Notes: a model not told the origin generated them from the sequence alone. Shown: positions 8,514 through 18,507, numbered from the stretch's first letter. The stretch is 64,000 nt of DNA from Nitrospirota bacterium (GCA_963845065.1 CAWJQQ010000005.1:320001-384000), one strand, 5' to 3'. A program made the numbers and translations.

Positions 8514-9095
8514 TTATTTACTGTGGTTGCCGAATAGTTCTTCATCCACCATCTGGCAGATGGCATGACCGAGCGTTATATGGGTTTCCTGAATCCTTGC
8601 CGTGACCTTTGTCGGGACAATGAATGTATAGTCCGCCATAGCGGCCATTTTACCACCTGTTCCGCCGGTCAGGATGATAGTCTTCATGCCATTCTTTTTT
8701 GCCACGTCTATTGCCTTGATCACATTGAGTGAGTTGCCGCTTGTGCTGATGCCCACCACAACGTCACCCTCGTGGCCTAGTGCGGACAATTGCTTGGAAT
8801 ATACCTGTGAAAAATCGTAGTCATTGCTGATGCTCGTAAGCACGGCAGCATCTGTATTCAATGCGATAGCGGGAAGGGGTGGTCGTTCCATGAGAAAACG
8901 GTTCACAAATTCGGCGGCAATATGCGAGGCGTCCATGGCGCTTCCACCATTGCCGAAGAGGATGACTTTCTTTCCTTCGCGGAACGCTTGAGCTATCAGC
9001 TGTACTACGTCGATGATTTTATCGATATTTTCTCTGACGAATTTAACCTTGACCTGGGCGCTCTCATCAAACGCTTTTATGATGGCATCCTTCAT
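8514..9095 (-). CDS. gmhA: Phosphoheptose isomerase
   Basis: GNGGSAMDASHIAAEFVNRF, NDY, GISTSGNS, RIQETH. Confidence 0.95.
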   Translation of the reverse strand: MKDAIIKAFDESAQVKVKFVRENIDKIIDVVQLIAQAFREGKKVILFGNGGSAMDASHIAAEFVNRFLMERPPLPAIALNTDAAVLTSISNDYDFSQVYSKQLSALGHEGDVVVGISTSGNSLNVIKAIDVAKKNGMKTIILTGGTGGKMAAMADYTFIVPTKVTARIQETHITLGHAICQMVDEELFGNHSK

Positions 9096-9131
9096 AAGGG
9101 GCTCCCTGGCAGGAACGAAGATCAGACGATT

Positions 9132-9159
9132 ATTATAGGGAATGGCGGAAAAATGTCAA
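9132..9159 (-). promoter_or_regulatory. sigma70 promoter for gmhA operon
   Basis: TTGACA-16bp-TATAAT on minus strand. Confidence 0.65.
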
Positions 9160-9300
9160 GGTGAAAAGGCCTTGCGAATGCTTGCAACAATCTTAAGAAA
9201 GTGAAGTCTGTTAAAACAATGAGGACTGTGTCTCACGGCAGAAGAATATGCGGCCATTCTCCGGATGCTGATGAGTAATCAGCTAGCATCTGGATTCTGT

Positions 9301-10098
9301 TCAGAGGTGTAAGAAATCTGCCAGGTGGCCGAATTCCTCGAGCGTGAGTGTCTCCGCCCTTCGGCCAAGATCAATGCCCGTTTTGTCAAAAACCATGCCC
9401 ATCTTCTCTTTTGAGACATTGAGTTGCTTTAAGGAGTTTCTTAGTGTTTTCCTCCGCTGGGAGAACGCAGCCTTGACCACGACCATGAAAAATTCTTCAT
9501 CGTTCACAAGAATAGCTGGTCGGTCGCGAATAAAAAGTGTCATAACTGCCGAGTCGACCTCAGGTCTCGGTGTGAAGGCGCCAGGTGGGACTTTGAACTC
9601 GAACGTCGGGACTGTATACAGCTGTACAAGCACGGAAAGAAACCCACGCTCTTTGCCCCCGGGCGAAGCAGCAATGCGTTCTGCAACCTCCTTTTGGAGC
9701 ATGAGGGTGAGGCTGATGAATTTATCGCGGTGTCCTATGAGCTGTTGAATAATAGGTGTCGAAATATAGTAGGGCAGATTGGCTACGACTTTCCATTTGC
9801 AAGTAAGTGTTTCAAAGGGATACTTGAGCGCGTCGGCTTGGACAACGGTGATATTCGGAAGTGCCTTGAATTCACGTTTTAAATGAGGAATTAGCCGTTC
9901 ATCGAGCTCGAGGGCTAGAACCTCATTAGCTCGCTCTGCAAGCACGTGCGTGAGATGGCCGAGTCCCGGCCCGATCTCAAGTATCTTGTCCTCAGGGCGG
10001 ATCCTGGCAGCATCCGCGATCTTCGTAAGGTAGTGCGGGTTTTTCAGAAAATTTTGCCCCAGGGATTTTTTGGGGCGGATGTAGTCATGTTCAGTCAT
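9301..10098 (-). CDS. rsmA: 16S rRNA (adenine1518/1519) dimethyltransferase
   Basis: KKSLGQNFL, LEIGPGLG, VANLPYYIS, MLQKEVAERI, F.QRRKTLRN. Confidence 0.96.
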   Translation of the reverse strand: MTEHDYIRPKKSLGQNFLKNPHYLTKIADAARIRPEDKILEIGPGLGHLTHVLAERANEVLALELDERLIPHLKREFKALPNITVVQADALKYPFETLTCKWKVVANLPYYISTPIIQQLIGHRDKFISLTLMLQKEVAERIAASPGGKERGFLSVLVQLYTVPTFEFKVPPGAFTPRPEVDSAVMTLFIRDRPAILVNDEEFFMVVVKAAFSQRRKTLRNSLKQLNVSKEKMGMVFDKTGIDLGRRAETLTLEEFGHLADFLHL

Positions 10099-10102
10099 TC
10101 TG

Positions 10103-10939
10103 CTATACTTGCATTCTCGGATCGAGCTTGTCCCGCAGGAAATCGCCAAGGATGTTGAAGCTGATCACAGTGATACTGATGGCGATACCGGGAAAGATTA
10201 CCATCCATGGGGCGGAATTTATGAATGCCCGGTTTAAACTAATCATTGACCCCCATGTGGGTGTCGGCGGTTGAATCCCGAGTCCAAGAAACGAAAGCGA
10301 TGCTTCGAGCAGGATAAATCCGCCTACGCGTAAACTGCCTGCGACAATGATCAAGGGGAGTGCATTCGGCAGGATGTGTTTGGAAAGAATCCTTGCAGTC
10401 GTCGCGCCGAGCGCACGTGATGCCTCTACATAGGTCTGCTCCTTAAGCGAGAGCGTAATGCCGCGAACAAACCGAGCAAACCCGGCCCATCCCACAAGCG
10501 TAATAGCGAGCATTGCAGAGGTGAGCCCCACCGGCATGACGGCGCTGATGCCGATAGCGAGAATCAGGCTTGGAAAAGCGAGGAAAATGTCAAAAAACTC
10601 CGAAAGAAAAGCGTCAACCTTACCACCGAAGTATCCGGCAATTAATCCGAAAAAAATGCCGATGCAGAGAGATAAACAGGAGGCGAGAATCCCGACGCTG
10701 AGTGAAATTCGGGCGCCATAGACAAGCCGCGCAAGCATGTCCCTACCTTTACTATCCGTACCGAGCAGATGTATTGCGTTTGGTGGTTGTTTCAGGCTTT
10801 CAAGGTCCATCGCAAGAGGGTTAAAGTGCACGAGAAGAGGACCAGCGACAGCAGTGAACACAAGGAGAATAAGCACAATCGACGCGATCAACGCCGGTGT
10901 GTTTTTCATCAGATCCTTAATAAAAAAATCTTTAATCAT
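10103..10939 (-). CDS. Peptide/nickel ABC transporter permease (DppC/OppC-like)
   Basis: HLLGTDSKGRDMLARLVYGARISL, EASRALGA, HILPN, SFLGLGIQPPTPTWG. Confidence 0.92.
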   Translation of the reverse strand: MIKDFFIKDLMKNTPALIASIVLILLVFTAVAGPLLVHFNPLAMDLESLKQPPNAIHLLGTDSKGRDMLARLVYGARISLSVGILASCLSLCIGIFFGLIAGYFGGKVDAFLSEFFDIFLAFPSLILAIGISAVMPVGLTSAMLAITLVGWAGFARFVRGITLSLKEQTYVEASRALGATTARILSKHILPNALPLIIVAGSLRVGGFILLEASLSFLGLGIQPPTPTWGSMISLNRAFINSAPWMVIFPGIAISITVISFNILGDFLRDKLDPRMQV

Positions 10940-11025
10940 GAGACCTTATAGTGTACCTACAATTTAAACGTGTATCGTGCCTTAGCGATCTCGAACTGCA
11001 ATCTCCGAACTTTGAACTTTTATGT

Positions 11026-11955
11026 TTAGCTTCTCACTCGCACCCTCGGATCAAGATAATGATAGGAAATATCCACGACCAGGTTCACTGCCACAACGAT
11101 CAAGGCTCCGAAAAGTACTGCTCCCATGATTACTGGGTAGTCGCGTTTTATGATGCCATCCAGGGCGTAGCGGCCGAGACCATCCCAGCCAAAAATGGTT
11201 TCGGTCAGCACCGCCCCGTTTAAATAAGAACCCAGATCCAGGCCTATGAGAGTAACGATGGGGATGAGAGAGTTCTTGAGCGCGTGTTTGATTACAACAG
11301 CGGTTTCCGAAATTCCTTTTGCACGGGCAGCTGCAACATAAGGCTGAGAAAGGGTCTCGAGCATTGACGAACGAGTAACGCGAGCGATGTAGGAAAGAGA
11401 AAATGTTGCTAGCGTCGCTGCCGGAAGAATGACGTAGATAAAGCTGCCGTTACCCATGCCCGACGGCGGGAGCCATCGAAGATAAAAGGAAAACAAGAGC
11501 ATGAGGGCAAGACCGAGCCAGAAGACTGGGACTGAGATGCCTCCGACGGAGACGAGCGTTACGATGCGGTCCAATAATGTACCACGATTCACCGCGGAGA
11601 AAACGCCCATGCTTATGCCTAAAACAGACGCAAAGAACATCGCGGTTAGCGCAAGTTTGACAGTGTTCGGAAATTTCTGGACAAGGTCATCGGAGATTTT
11701 GCGGTTAGTATAAATCGAACGCCCGAACTGACCAGTACAGATACGTTTCAAGTAAATGGCATACTGATATGGAAGCGGTTTATCTAAACCCAATTCAGCT
11801 CGTATCCGGGATATGGTCTCTGGAGTCGCACGCTCACCTACCATACCTACGACCGGGTCGCCAGGAAGGTGCTTCATCAAGATGAAGGTTATCAGGGAGA
11901 TGCCAAGAAGCGTTGGCACGAATAGGATAAGCCGTTTCAGAATATAGAGCGCCAT
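11026..11955 (-). CDS. Peptide/nickel ABC transporter permease (DppB/OppB-like)
   Basis: PGDP, GLDKPL..QY, ARAKG, HALKNSLIP, ETIFGWDGLG, RDYPV. Confidence 0.92.
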   Translation of the reverse strand: MALYILKRLILFVPTLLGISLITFILMKHLPGDPVVGMVGERATPETISRIRAELGLDKPLPYQYAIYLKRICTGQFGRSIYTNRKISDDLVQKFPNTVKLALTAMFFASVLGISMGVFSAVNRGTLLDRIVTLVSVGGISVPVFWLGLALMLLFSFYLRWLPPSGMGNGSFIYVILPAATLATFSLSYIARVTRSSMLETLSQPYVAAARAKGISETAVVIKHALKNSLIPIVTLIGLDLGSYLNGAVLTETIFGWDGLGRYALDGIIKRDYPVIMGAVLFGALIVVAVNLVVDISYHYLDPRVRVRS

Positions 11956-12037
11956 TGATAAACTAAATCTTACACAATCCTGTCTTAAACCGCAACCGCA
12001 AAAAAAGGTACGAGAGTGCTTTTGGGTTCGGCGACAT

Positions 12038-12703
12038 TTACTGCTTCCTTGACACCGGCACGTAATATTGCGTGCCCTGTTTCATGCTCAGTATCTGCTT
12101 CAGCAGATCGTCGAGGTCTGATCTGCGGTGTACAAAATCGATTTCGGAAGTGTTAATAACTAGGAGTGGAGTATCGCTGTACCGGAAAAAAAAATGGTTA
12201 TATGCTTCGTTGACCGCGGCAACATAGTCGTAGTTGATCTCCTTTTCAAAAGGTCTGGCGCGCAATTTAATGCGGTGCAGCAGTGTGTCTGTGTCAGCCT
12301 GAAGGAAGATCACGAGGTCGGGCTTAACAATTTTTGGTTGGAGGATCTTATAGAACTGTTCGTACAGCGTCAGTTCATGCTCATCAAGGTTAAGGTAGGC
12401 AAAAATCCTGTCCTTATCGAAGAGGTAATCACTGATGGTGATCTTCGTGAACAGATCCGGCTGCGTAATCCCCTGCTGCTGGCTATACCTGCTCAACAGA
12501 AAGAACATCTGCGTCTGGAATCGGTAGCGAGGCGGGTCTTGATAAAAATTCGAAAGGAAAGGATTATCTTCCGCGCGCTCCAGAAGGAGACTCGCATCAA
12601 GTTCATCAGCAATCAGGGTTGTGAGGCTCGTTTTGCCCACGCCGATAGGGCCTTCCGTAACGATGTATCTACTATGCCGAAGAGAGTCCGTTCTTTGGTT
12701 CAT
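12038..12703 (-). CDS. Deoxynucleoside kinase
   Basis: EGPIGVGKTS P-loop, NPFL..FY, DY.F.KD..FA; overlaps folK. Confidence 0.9.
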   Translation of the reverse strand: MNQRTDSLRHSRYIVTEGPIGVGKTSLTTLIADELDASLLLERAEDNPFLSNFYQDPPRYRFQTQMFFLLSRYSQQQGITQPDLFTKITISDYLFDKDRIFAYLNLDEHELTLYEQFYKILQPKIVKPDLVIFLQADTDTLLHRIKLRARPFEKEINYDYVAAVNEAYNHFFFRYSDTPLLVINTSEIDFVHRRSDLDDLLKQILSMKQGTQYYVPVSRKQ

Positions 12704-13200
12704 GTTGGATTGACCGATACGACACAGAGAGATACCCGATGGTTATCACGAATACCATGAAGAAGCTGTGCGATCGTCTTATTGAGGACCGGATGTATAA
12801 TTACGGGTGCGATTTCAGAAAGCGGCACGAGAACGAAGGCCCGTTTTACCATCATGGGGTGAGGTATCGTGAGTTCCGCATCATTGATCACCTGGTCGCC
12901 GTACAATAGAATGTCGAGATCGATCGTGCGTGGTCCCCATCGGACCAGTCTGCTCCGACCGAGCGCATCTTCGATCACGTGGCAGCGCGCTAAAAGCGCG
13001 GTTGGTGAAAGCGGAGTTTCAATTTCTGCCACGGCGTTCACAAAGTCTTCCTGGTTTGTGTAACCAATAGGCTCGGTGCAATAAAAGGAAGATAACTTGA
13101 TCAGACGACCAGCCTTGCCAAGCATTTCGATTGCCCGCCGGCATGTGCCAAGTTTATCACCCATATTTGAGCCCAGCCCGATGTATGCTTTGTTTAACAT
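12700..13200 (-). CDS. folK: 2-amino-4-hydroxy-6-hydroxymethyldihydropteridine diphosphokinase
   Basis: YIGLGSNMG, RWGPRTIDLDILLY, LTIPHP, RAFVLVPL; ORF track extends to 13251. Confidence 0.95.
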   Translation of the reverse strand: MLNKAYIGLGSNMGDKLGTCRRAIEMLGKAGRLIKLSSFYCTEPIGYTNQEDFVNAVAEIETPLSPTALLARCHVIEDALGRSRLVRWGPRTIDLDILLYGDQVINDAELTIPHPMMVKRAFVLVPLSEIAPVIIHPVLNKTIAQLLHGIRDNHRVSLCVVSVNPT

Positions 13201-13285
13201 AGATTTCAAGATGCAAGTTGCACGATTCATGATGGCAATACCATCGGTCATGAATCATCGATGGTGCACCGGTGTGAAGTGCTGC

Positions 13286-14530
13286 CTAGAACTCGAATTG
13301 CAGTTCGCTCATTCGTTTTCTGAACACCTCAAGTACTCGTTGTTCGTCTGCCTTGCCTTTGGATTCGAAGGTCGCCGAGAAGCGAATATGTGGCCCGGCG
13401 TCATCCCAGGGCACAGTGCTGATCAATTTTTCAGAGATTAAAAATTCGGAAAACTCTTCAGCGTTTGAAAATGTTCTACCGTTCTTAACGCTCTTTGGCA
13501 TTTTCACGTAGAGATAGAATGTGCCTGCGGGCATTTTTGCGTCAAATCCGATATCGGCAAGCGCCGAAGACATCGCTCTTAGCCTCCGTTCGTACTTGGC
13601 CGAGATCTCATTGGTGATTTCCGGGTGGTCGAGAGCATAGACACCCGCTTTTTGGATGGCCTTGAACTGGCCTGAGTCGCAGTTATCCTTTACGTTTCCG
13701 AAGCCCGCGATCACCTTATTGTTTCCGGCAACAAAGGCGAGTCTCCAGCCAGTCATATTGAACGCCTTCGAAAGAGAATGGATCTCTACACCGACTTCCT
13801 TTGCCCCCGGCACCGAAAGAAACGAGAAGGGTTTGGCGCTGTAGGTAAGTGCTGCATAAGCCGCGTCGTGTACGACGACGACTCTGTTTTCTTTTGCAAA
13901 TCGAACAACCTTTTCAAAGAAGGCATTAGTCGCCCCAGCGCCCGTCGGATTGTTCGGATAATTGATGTAGAGAAGCTTGGTACGTTTTATTATTTCCGGG
14001 GAAAGCGAATCAAGGTCAGGCAGAAAACGGTTTTTCTCATCGAGCGGCAAATTGACCACGTCGCCGCCGTACCAGCGGGTGTGTGTAGCCATAATCGGAT
14101 ATCCCGGAACCGTCATGACCGTTATATCACCGGGATTGATAAATATGGCCGGGAACATGGCCAGCACGGACTTGCTGCCGATCCCGTGAAGAACTTCAGT
14201 ATCCGGATTAATGCCGCCGACACCATATGTTTTTTGCAAATAACGGGCAGCCGCGTCCTTGAACTCTTGGATCCCGTTGTCCGCATAACCGCGGTTTTCC
14301 GGTTTCTCTACTTCCTTTTGGAGTGTCTGCACTATTCCGGGATAGGCCATTTCATCGGGCTCACCCACGCCGAAATCTATGAGTTCTGCACCAGGATGGG
14401 CCGCCAATGCAGCCCGCTTTGCACGTTTGATCTTCTCAAATTTATAAATCTTTTGTTCTTTGCCGAACTTCTTTCCGCCGAGCCGGTCTGCAAAGAGGGA
14501 TTGAATATACGATTCTTTCTCAGTTGTCAC
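13286..14530 (-). CDS. dapL: LL-diaminopimelate aminotransferase
   Basis: Class I PLP aminotransferase (YPNNPTG, DAAY, SLSKAFNMTGWR, DSGQF) within the dap cluster. Confidence 0.8.
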   Translation of the reverse strand: MTTEKESYIQSLFADRLGGKKFGKEQKIYKFEKIKRAKRAALAAHPGAELIDFGVGEPDEMAYPGIVQTLQKEVEKPENRGYADNGIQEFKDAAARYLQKTYGVGGINPDTEVLHGIGSKSVLAMFPAIFINPGDITVMTVPGYPIMATHTRWYGGDVVNLPLDEKNRFLPDLDSLSPEIIKRTKLLYINYPNNPTGAGATNAFFEKVVRFAKENRVVVVHDAAYAALTYSAKPFSFLSVPGAKEVGVEIHSLSKAFNMTGWRLAFVAGNNKVIAGFGNVKDNCDSGQFKAIQKAGVYALDHPEITNEISAKYERRLRAMSSALADIGFDAKMPAGTFYLYVKMPKSVKNGRTFSNAEEFSEFLISEKLISTVPWDDAGPHIRFSATFESKGKADEQRVLEVFRKRMSELQFEF

Positions 14531-14580
14531 TAATAATTCCTCCGCAAGTTGATAAAATGAAAAAAATTATTCTAAAAATA

Positions 14581-15336
14581 TTATTGAACAGAATTTAGTA
14601 AACTCCCGATTCCCTCAATCCTTACTTCAATCTCATCGCCATGCATCATTGGACCGACTCCCGCAGGAGTTCCAGTGATGATGAGGTCGCCGGGATTAAG
14701 CGTCATGACATGTGAGATAAAACTCACAACGTGATTGATCGGGAAGATGAACTGCGACGTTCGAGAAGACTGCATACGGTTACCGTTAAGATAAGACTCG
14801 ACACTAAGATTGACAGGGTCAAGGTCGGTTTCTATCCAAGGGCCAAGTGGACAAAAAGTATCAAATGATTTGGCACGCGTCCACTGGCCGTCTAGCTTTT
14901 GCAGATCCCGGGCAGTAACGTCATTTACGCAGGTGTAACCCAGTATGCGACTGACTGCGTCTTCCGGGGAAACGCAATGAGTTGCCTTTTTGATTACTAT
15001 GCCTAGTTCCGCTTCAAAGTCAATTCGACTGCTCATGGCCGGGACTATGATCTTGCCTCCCGGGCCGATTACGCTGGTCGGTGGTTTCAGAAAGATAATT
15101 GGGTTTTCCGGAATCGGAAAACCCAATTCATGGGCGTGGTCAAGAAAATTTAATCCAATAGCCACTATCTTTGAAGGTCTGCATGGTGCCAGAAGGTTTA
15201 CGCAAGTGAGATGATGGGTCGCCTTCCGAATCATTAATGGGTCGAAAAAGTCTCCACCAAGCTCCTGAATTTCACCGCCCACCACGATGCCGCAGGCCTC
15301 TCTGCCCTCAATTTGAAATCGAGCAAGCCGCATCAA
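14581..15336 (-). CDS. Fumarylacetoacetate hydrolase family protein
   Basis: KIVAIGLN, FLKP, DFEAELG, NDVTARDLQ, W.RAKSFDTFCPLGP, TGTPAGVG. Confidence 0.92.
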   Translation of the reverse strand: MMRLARFQIEGREACGIVVGGEIQELGGDFFDPLMIRKATHHLTCVNLLAPCRPSKIVAIGLNFLDHAHELGFPIPENPIIFLKPPTSVIGPGGKIIVPAMSSRIDFEAELGIVIKKATHCVSPEDAVSRILGYTCVNDVTARDLQKLDGQWTRAKSFDTFCPLGPWIETDLDPVNLSVESYLNGNRMQSSRTSQFIFPINHVVSFISHVMTLNPGDLIITGTPAGVGPMMHGDEIEVRIEGIGSLLNSVQ

Positions 15337-15347
15337 GGCCTCCGGTA

Positions 15348-16127
15348 TTACTGTTTTTTATCGATCCACTCAATCAGTTTCTCTTCCGGAAGATAGCCTG
15401 AGAGCACCGTGCCGTCATCACGCACAAGTGTAGGCGTTCCGACGAAATTGAATGACTTGGCAAGTTCTTTGTTTTTCTCTATCTGATCAGGAGGACACGT
15501 GGGCTCGGGCACTGACTTGCCCGAAAATGCATCGTCAAGCATTTGCGCTGACATCGAGCACTGAATAGCCTGAGCTTTTTTGAAAGCATCCTTATGCATC
15601 GGAAGAGGATTCAGGATGATTTCAAAAGCTATGTCGGTCCGCTTAAGTAAAATCTGTTTAATGATCTTGTGCAGTTCGCGGCAGTAAGGGCAGTCGGGGT
15701 CACTGAATACAATGATCTTCTTTGCAGCACCTTTCGCGCCGAGCACGATTGCATTTTCCAGCGGAATTTTAGAAATATCAACTTTCTTCGGAAGCGCAGG
15801 TGCCTGCTTGCCGAGCGCTTCGACTGGAACGATCTGACCCGCAATGAGAAATTTTTTCGAGAAATCTAGGTACAAGGACCCATGTTTTCCTTGCCCGGCA
15901 TCCACGTCTATCTGCCACACGCCCTTGATCGGAGCCTCCTTGACGTCTGTGACAATGCCGGTGGGAACGACTTTCTTTACAAGGACTTCGGCATCTTTCT
16001 TGTCGAGCTTGTGGCAGTCAAGGCAGTGTTTGTCACCCTTTGTTGGCGGAAAGGCATGAACAGTGACCGCCAAGAATGGTACGATGAGAAGGGCAAGGAC
16101 GATGACAAGGCTAAATGATCTTTTCAT
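15348..16127 (-). CDS. DsbC-family periplasmic thiol-disulfide oxidoreductase with N-terminal CxxCH
   Basis: Signal peptide; CLDCH; FSDPDCPYC active site; GTPT cis-Pro loop. Confidence 0.85.
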   Translation of the reverse strand: MKRSFSLVIVLALLIVPFLAVTVHAFPPTKGDKHCLDCHKLDKKDAEVLVKKVVPTGIVTDVKEAPIKGVWQIDVDAGQGKHGSLYLDFSKKFLIAGQIVPVEALGKQAPALPKKVDISKIPLENAIVLGAKGAAKKIIVFSDPDCPYCRELHKIIKQILLKRTDIAFEIILNPLPMHKDAFKKAQAIQCSMSAQMLDDAFSGKSVPEPTCPPDQIEKNKELAKSFNFVGTPTLVRDDGTVLSGYLPEEKLIEWIDKKQ

Positions 16128-16319
16128 TTTCGAGTTCCTTTCAAAAAATATTTTAGTTCGTTGCGCATGATGCATTTAAAAAATTCAGAAGCCAACACGG
16201 AGGATGAGAGCGGTAGCTTAAGAGGCGCCCTCTGTGCCAGAGCGTGCTGAGTGAATTTATTGTGGTTAACGATGATTAAACGCAAGTTTTTCGACTCTAC
16301 CAAACTTTCAGTGGTTTAT

Positions 16320-16661
16320 CGTTCCTGGCCAAGAAAGACCCCCACCAAACTACGTTTTGGTCGGGAATGAATTGGTGCTTTGGCTATCTATCGATAACTG
16401 AACACTCGACAACTGGTAATAATTTGCCAAAAAATAGGAATCAGCTCTTTGACAATCAGTATGGTTGGCACCAGTATTTGGGTGGTACCGTAAAACTGAT
16501 TCCGCAACGGCAACTTGACTGATCTGTGATCTGACATGGGTTCTAAGGGGGTATCCTAGAACGATACGTATAAAATGTAAATCACAACCGAGTGGGCGAT
16601 CCCTAATAAGGAACCGCCTTCTTTAAAGCCGCAACTAATATCTGGTTGCGAGAGCAGTTAC
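16320..16661 (+). mobile_element. Decayed IS200/IS605 non-autonomous relic
   Basis: TTAT|14 nt|AAAG then hairpin CCACCAAA...TTTTGGTCGGG and outer CCAA/TTGG stem (left-end architecture); right end near 16600-16661 poorly preserved. Confidence 0.45.
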
Positions 16662-17467
16662 TTCAACCCCAGCACATCCTGCATATCATAGAGACCGGGT
16701 TTCTTGCCCACGACCCATTTCGCGGCCCGTACGGCCCCTGCCGCGAATGTATCGCGGCTATGAGCCCGGTGGGTGATCTCGATTCTCTCGCCCTTACCAG
16801 CGAACATGACGGTGTGATCGCCGACGATGTCCCCCGCACGAAGCGTCTGAATGCCGATCTCCTTTTTTGACCGTTCGCCGATAATACCTTTTCGAGCGTA
16901 GACACCGACTTCATCGAGGTTCCGGTGCACGGCTTGGGCGATTACCTGAGCCATCTTCATGGCAGTGCCCGAAGGCGCATCCTTTTTCATGCGGTGATGT
17001 GCCTCGATGATTTCCATGTCGTAGTCCCGCCCGATCGCTTTGGCGACCTCCTCAAGAATCTTAAAGCAGAGGTTCACACCGATGCTCATGTTCGGGGAGA
17101 GCACGCAGGGGATTTTTTGGAAGTAAATGGAGATCTCTTTGAGCTGTTCCGGAGAAAATCCAGTCGAGCCGATGACGGCCGCCTTACCGAGCTCAGCACA
17201 GGTTCGAATATGCTCGAGGCTTGCCTCCGGCATGGTAAAGTCGATAAGGACATCATTGGCTTTAAGCGCGGCTACGATATCATCAGTCACAAGGGTCAGG
17301 ACGCCGCCTGCCGGGAGCCCAGCCATTGTACGAGCGTCCTGGCCGACCAGCTGATGCCCTTTACGCTCGACGGCCGCAGAAAGGCAGATGCCTTCCGAGG
17401 TTGAAAGGACATTGATGATGCGCGAACCCATCCTGCCGGCTGCGCCAGTCACAACTGCTTTAATCAT
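16658..17467 (-). CDS. dapB: 4-hydroxy-tetrahydrodipicolinate reductase
   Basis: GAAGRMG, DFT.P, GSTG, EAHHRMKKDAPSGTA. Confidence 0.97.
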   Translation of the reverse strand: MIKAVVTGAAGRMGSRIINVLSTSEGICLSAAVERKGHQLVGQDARTMAGLPAGGVLTLVTDDIVAALKANDVLIDFTMPEASLEHIRTCAELGKAAVIGSTGFSPEQLKEISIYFQKIPCVLSPNMSIGVNLCFKILEEVAKAIGRDYDMEIIEAHHRMKKDAPSGTAMKMAQVIAQAVHRNLDEVGVYARKGIIGERSKKEIGIQTLRAGDIVGDHTVMFAGKGERIEITHRAHSRDTFAAGAVRAAKWVVGKKPGLYDMQDVLGLK

Positions 17468-17559
17468 AATTCACCTCAGGTATTAAGCCACGGAGGCATT
17501 CGAGAACACGGAGAAAGAACGAGAATTTCCATGCGTCCTCTGTGGTAAATGGTTCAGCA

Positions 17560-18432
17560 TCATATAAGTCCGTAATCTTTCAAGGCTTTCTTGAGCTTTT
17601 CCTTGTTCAAGTCAGCCATAGGGCACAGCGGCAACCGAAATTCCTCGCCGATCCTGCCCATGAGCGCCAGCGCGGTCTTAACCGGGATAGGATTGGTCTC
17701 GATGAACAGGGGGCTGTGGAGTGGTTCTAGTTTATAATGAATTTTGAGGGCCTCGTTTGTCTTGCCGGCGAAGAACGCATCGAACATGGCAGCACAGTCC
17801 GCAGGCACGATATTGGCTGTCACTGAAATGGCACCGACACCGCCTAGGGCCAAGAGCGGGAACGTTGTAAAATCGTCACCGGAGATAACATTAAAATTTC
17901 GGCCGCAAAGACGGATGATCTCGCTTACCTGCCTCATGTCTCCGGTCGCTTCTTTGATGCCCACGATGTTTTTCTTTTCGCGAAGACGCGCCACCGTCGC
18001 AGGGAGCATATTGACGCTTGTTCTGCCCGGCACATTATACAAGACGATCGGGATGTCGACCGAATCGGCCACGTGCGTAAAATGCCGGTAAAGCCCTTCC
18101 TGCGTCGGCTTGTTATAGTATGGCGTAATAAGCAATACACCGTTTGCGCCTGCCTTTTGCGCGTAACGCGTGAGCTCTAACGTCTCGGATGTTGAGTTAG
18201 AGCCCGCGCCGGCTACAACAGGGACCCGATTGTTAACTGTTTTGACCGTGAACTCAATAACGCGGTGATGTTCCTCATGAGACAGCGTTGCTGATTCGCC
18301 GGTCGTGCCGCAAGGCACAATCACATCAGTGCCGTTCTTTATTTGAAATTCTATAAGATCACCGAGGGCCTTTTCGTCAATCTTCCCGTTCATGAACGGC
18401 GTTACGATCGCAACCATGGAACCTTTAAACAT
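17560..18432 (-). CDS. dapA: 4-hydroxy-tetrahydrodipicolinate synthase
   Basis: GTTGESATL, PYYNKP, LYNVPGRT, GIKEATG; GGAGG RBS before ATG 18432. Confidence 0.97.
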   Translation of the reverse strand: MFKGSMVAIVTPFMNGKIDEKALGDLIEFQIKNGTDVIVPCGTTGESATLSHEEHHRVIEFTVKTVNNRVPVVAGAGSNSTSETLELTRYAQKAGANGVLLITPYYNKPTQEGLYRHFTHVADSVDIPIVLYNVPGRTSVNMLPATVARLREKKNIVGIKEATGDMRQVSEIIRLCGRNFNVISGDDFTTFPLLALGGVGAISVTANIVPADCAAMFDAFFAGKTNEALKIHYKLEPLHSPLFIETNPIPVKTALALMGRIGEEFRLPLCPMADLNKEKLKKALKDYGLI

Positions 18433-18507
18433 TACAACCTCCTTCATCTTAAAAGCAGACCTAAGTCTCGAGACCATAATTTCATGTTTCAATCCCTGAA
18501 CCCGGAG

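Noticed and set aside
13778..14533. Long antisense ORFs (this one, 37663-38307, 21063-21701 and similar)
   Set aside because: Shadows of well-supported genes on the opposite strand with no protein motifs.
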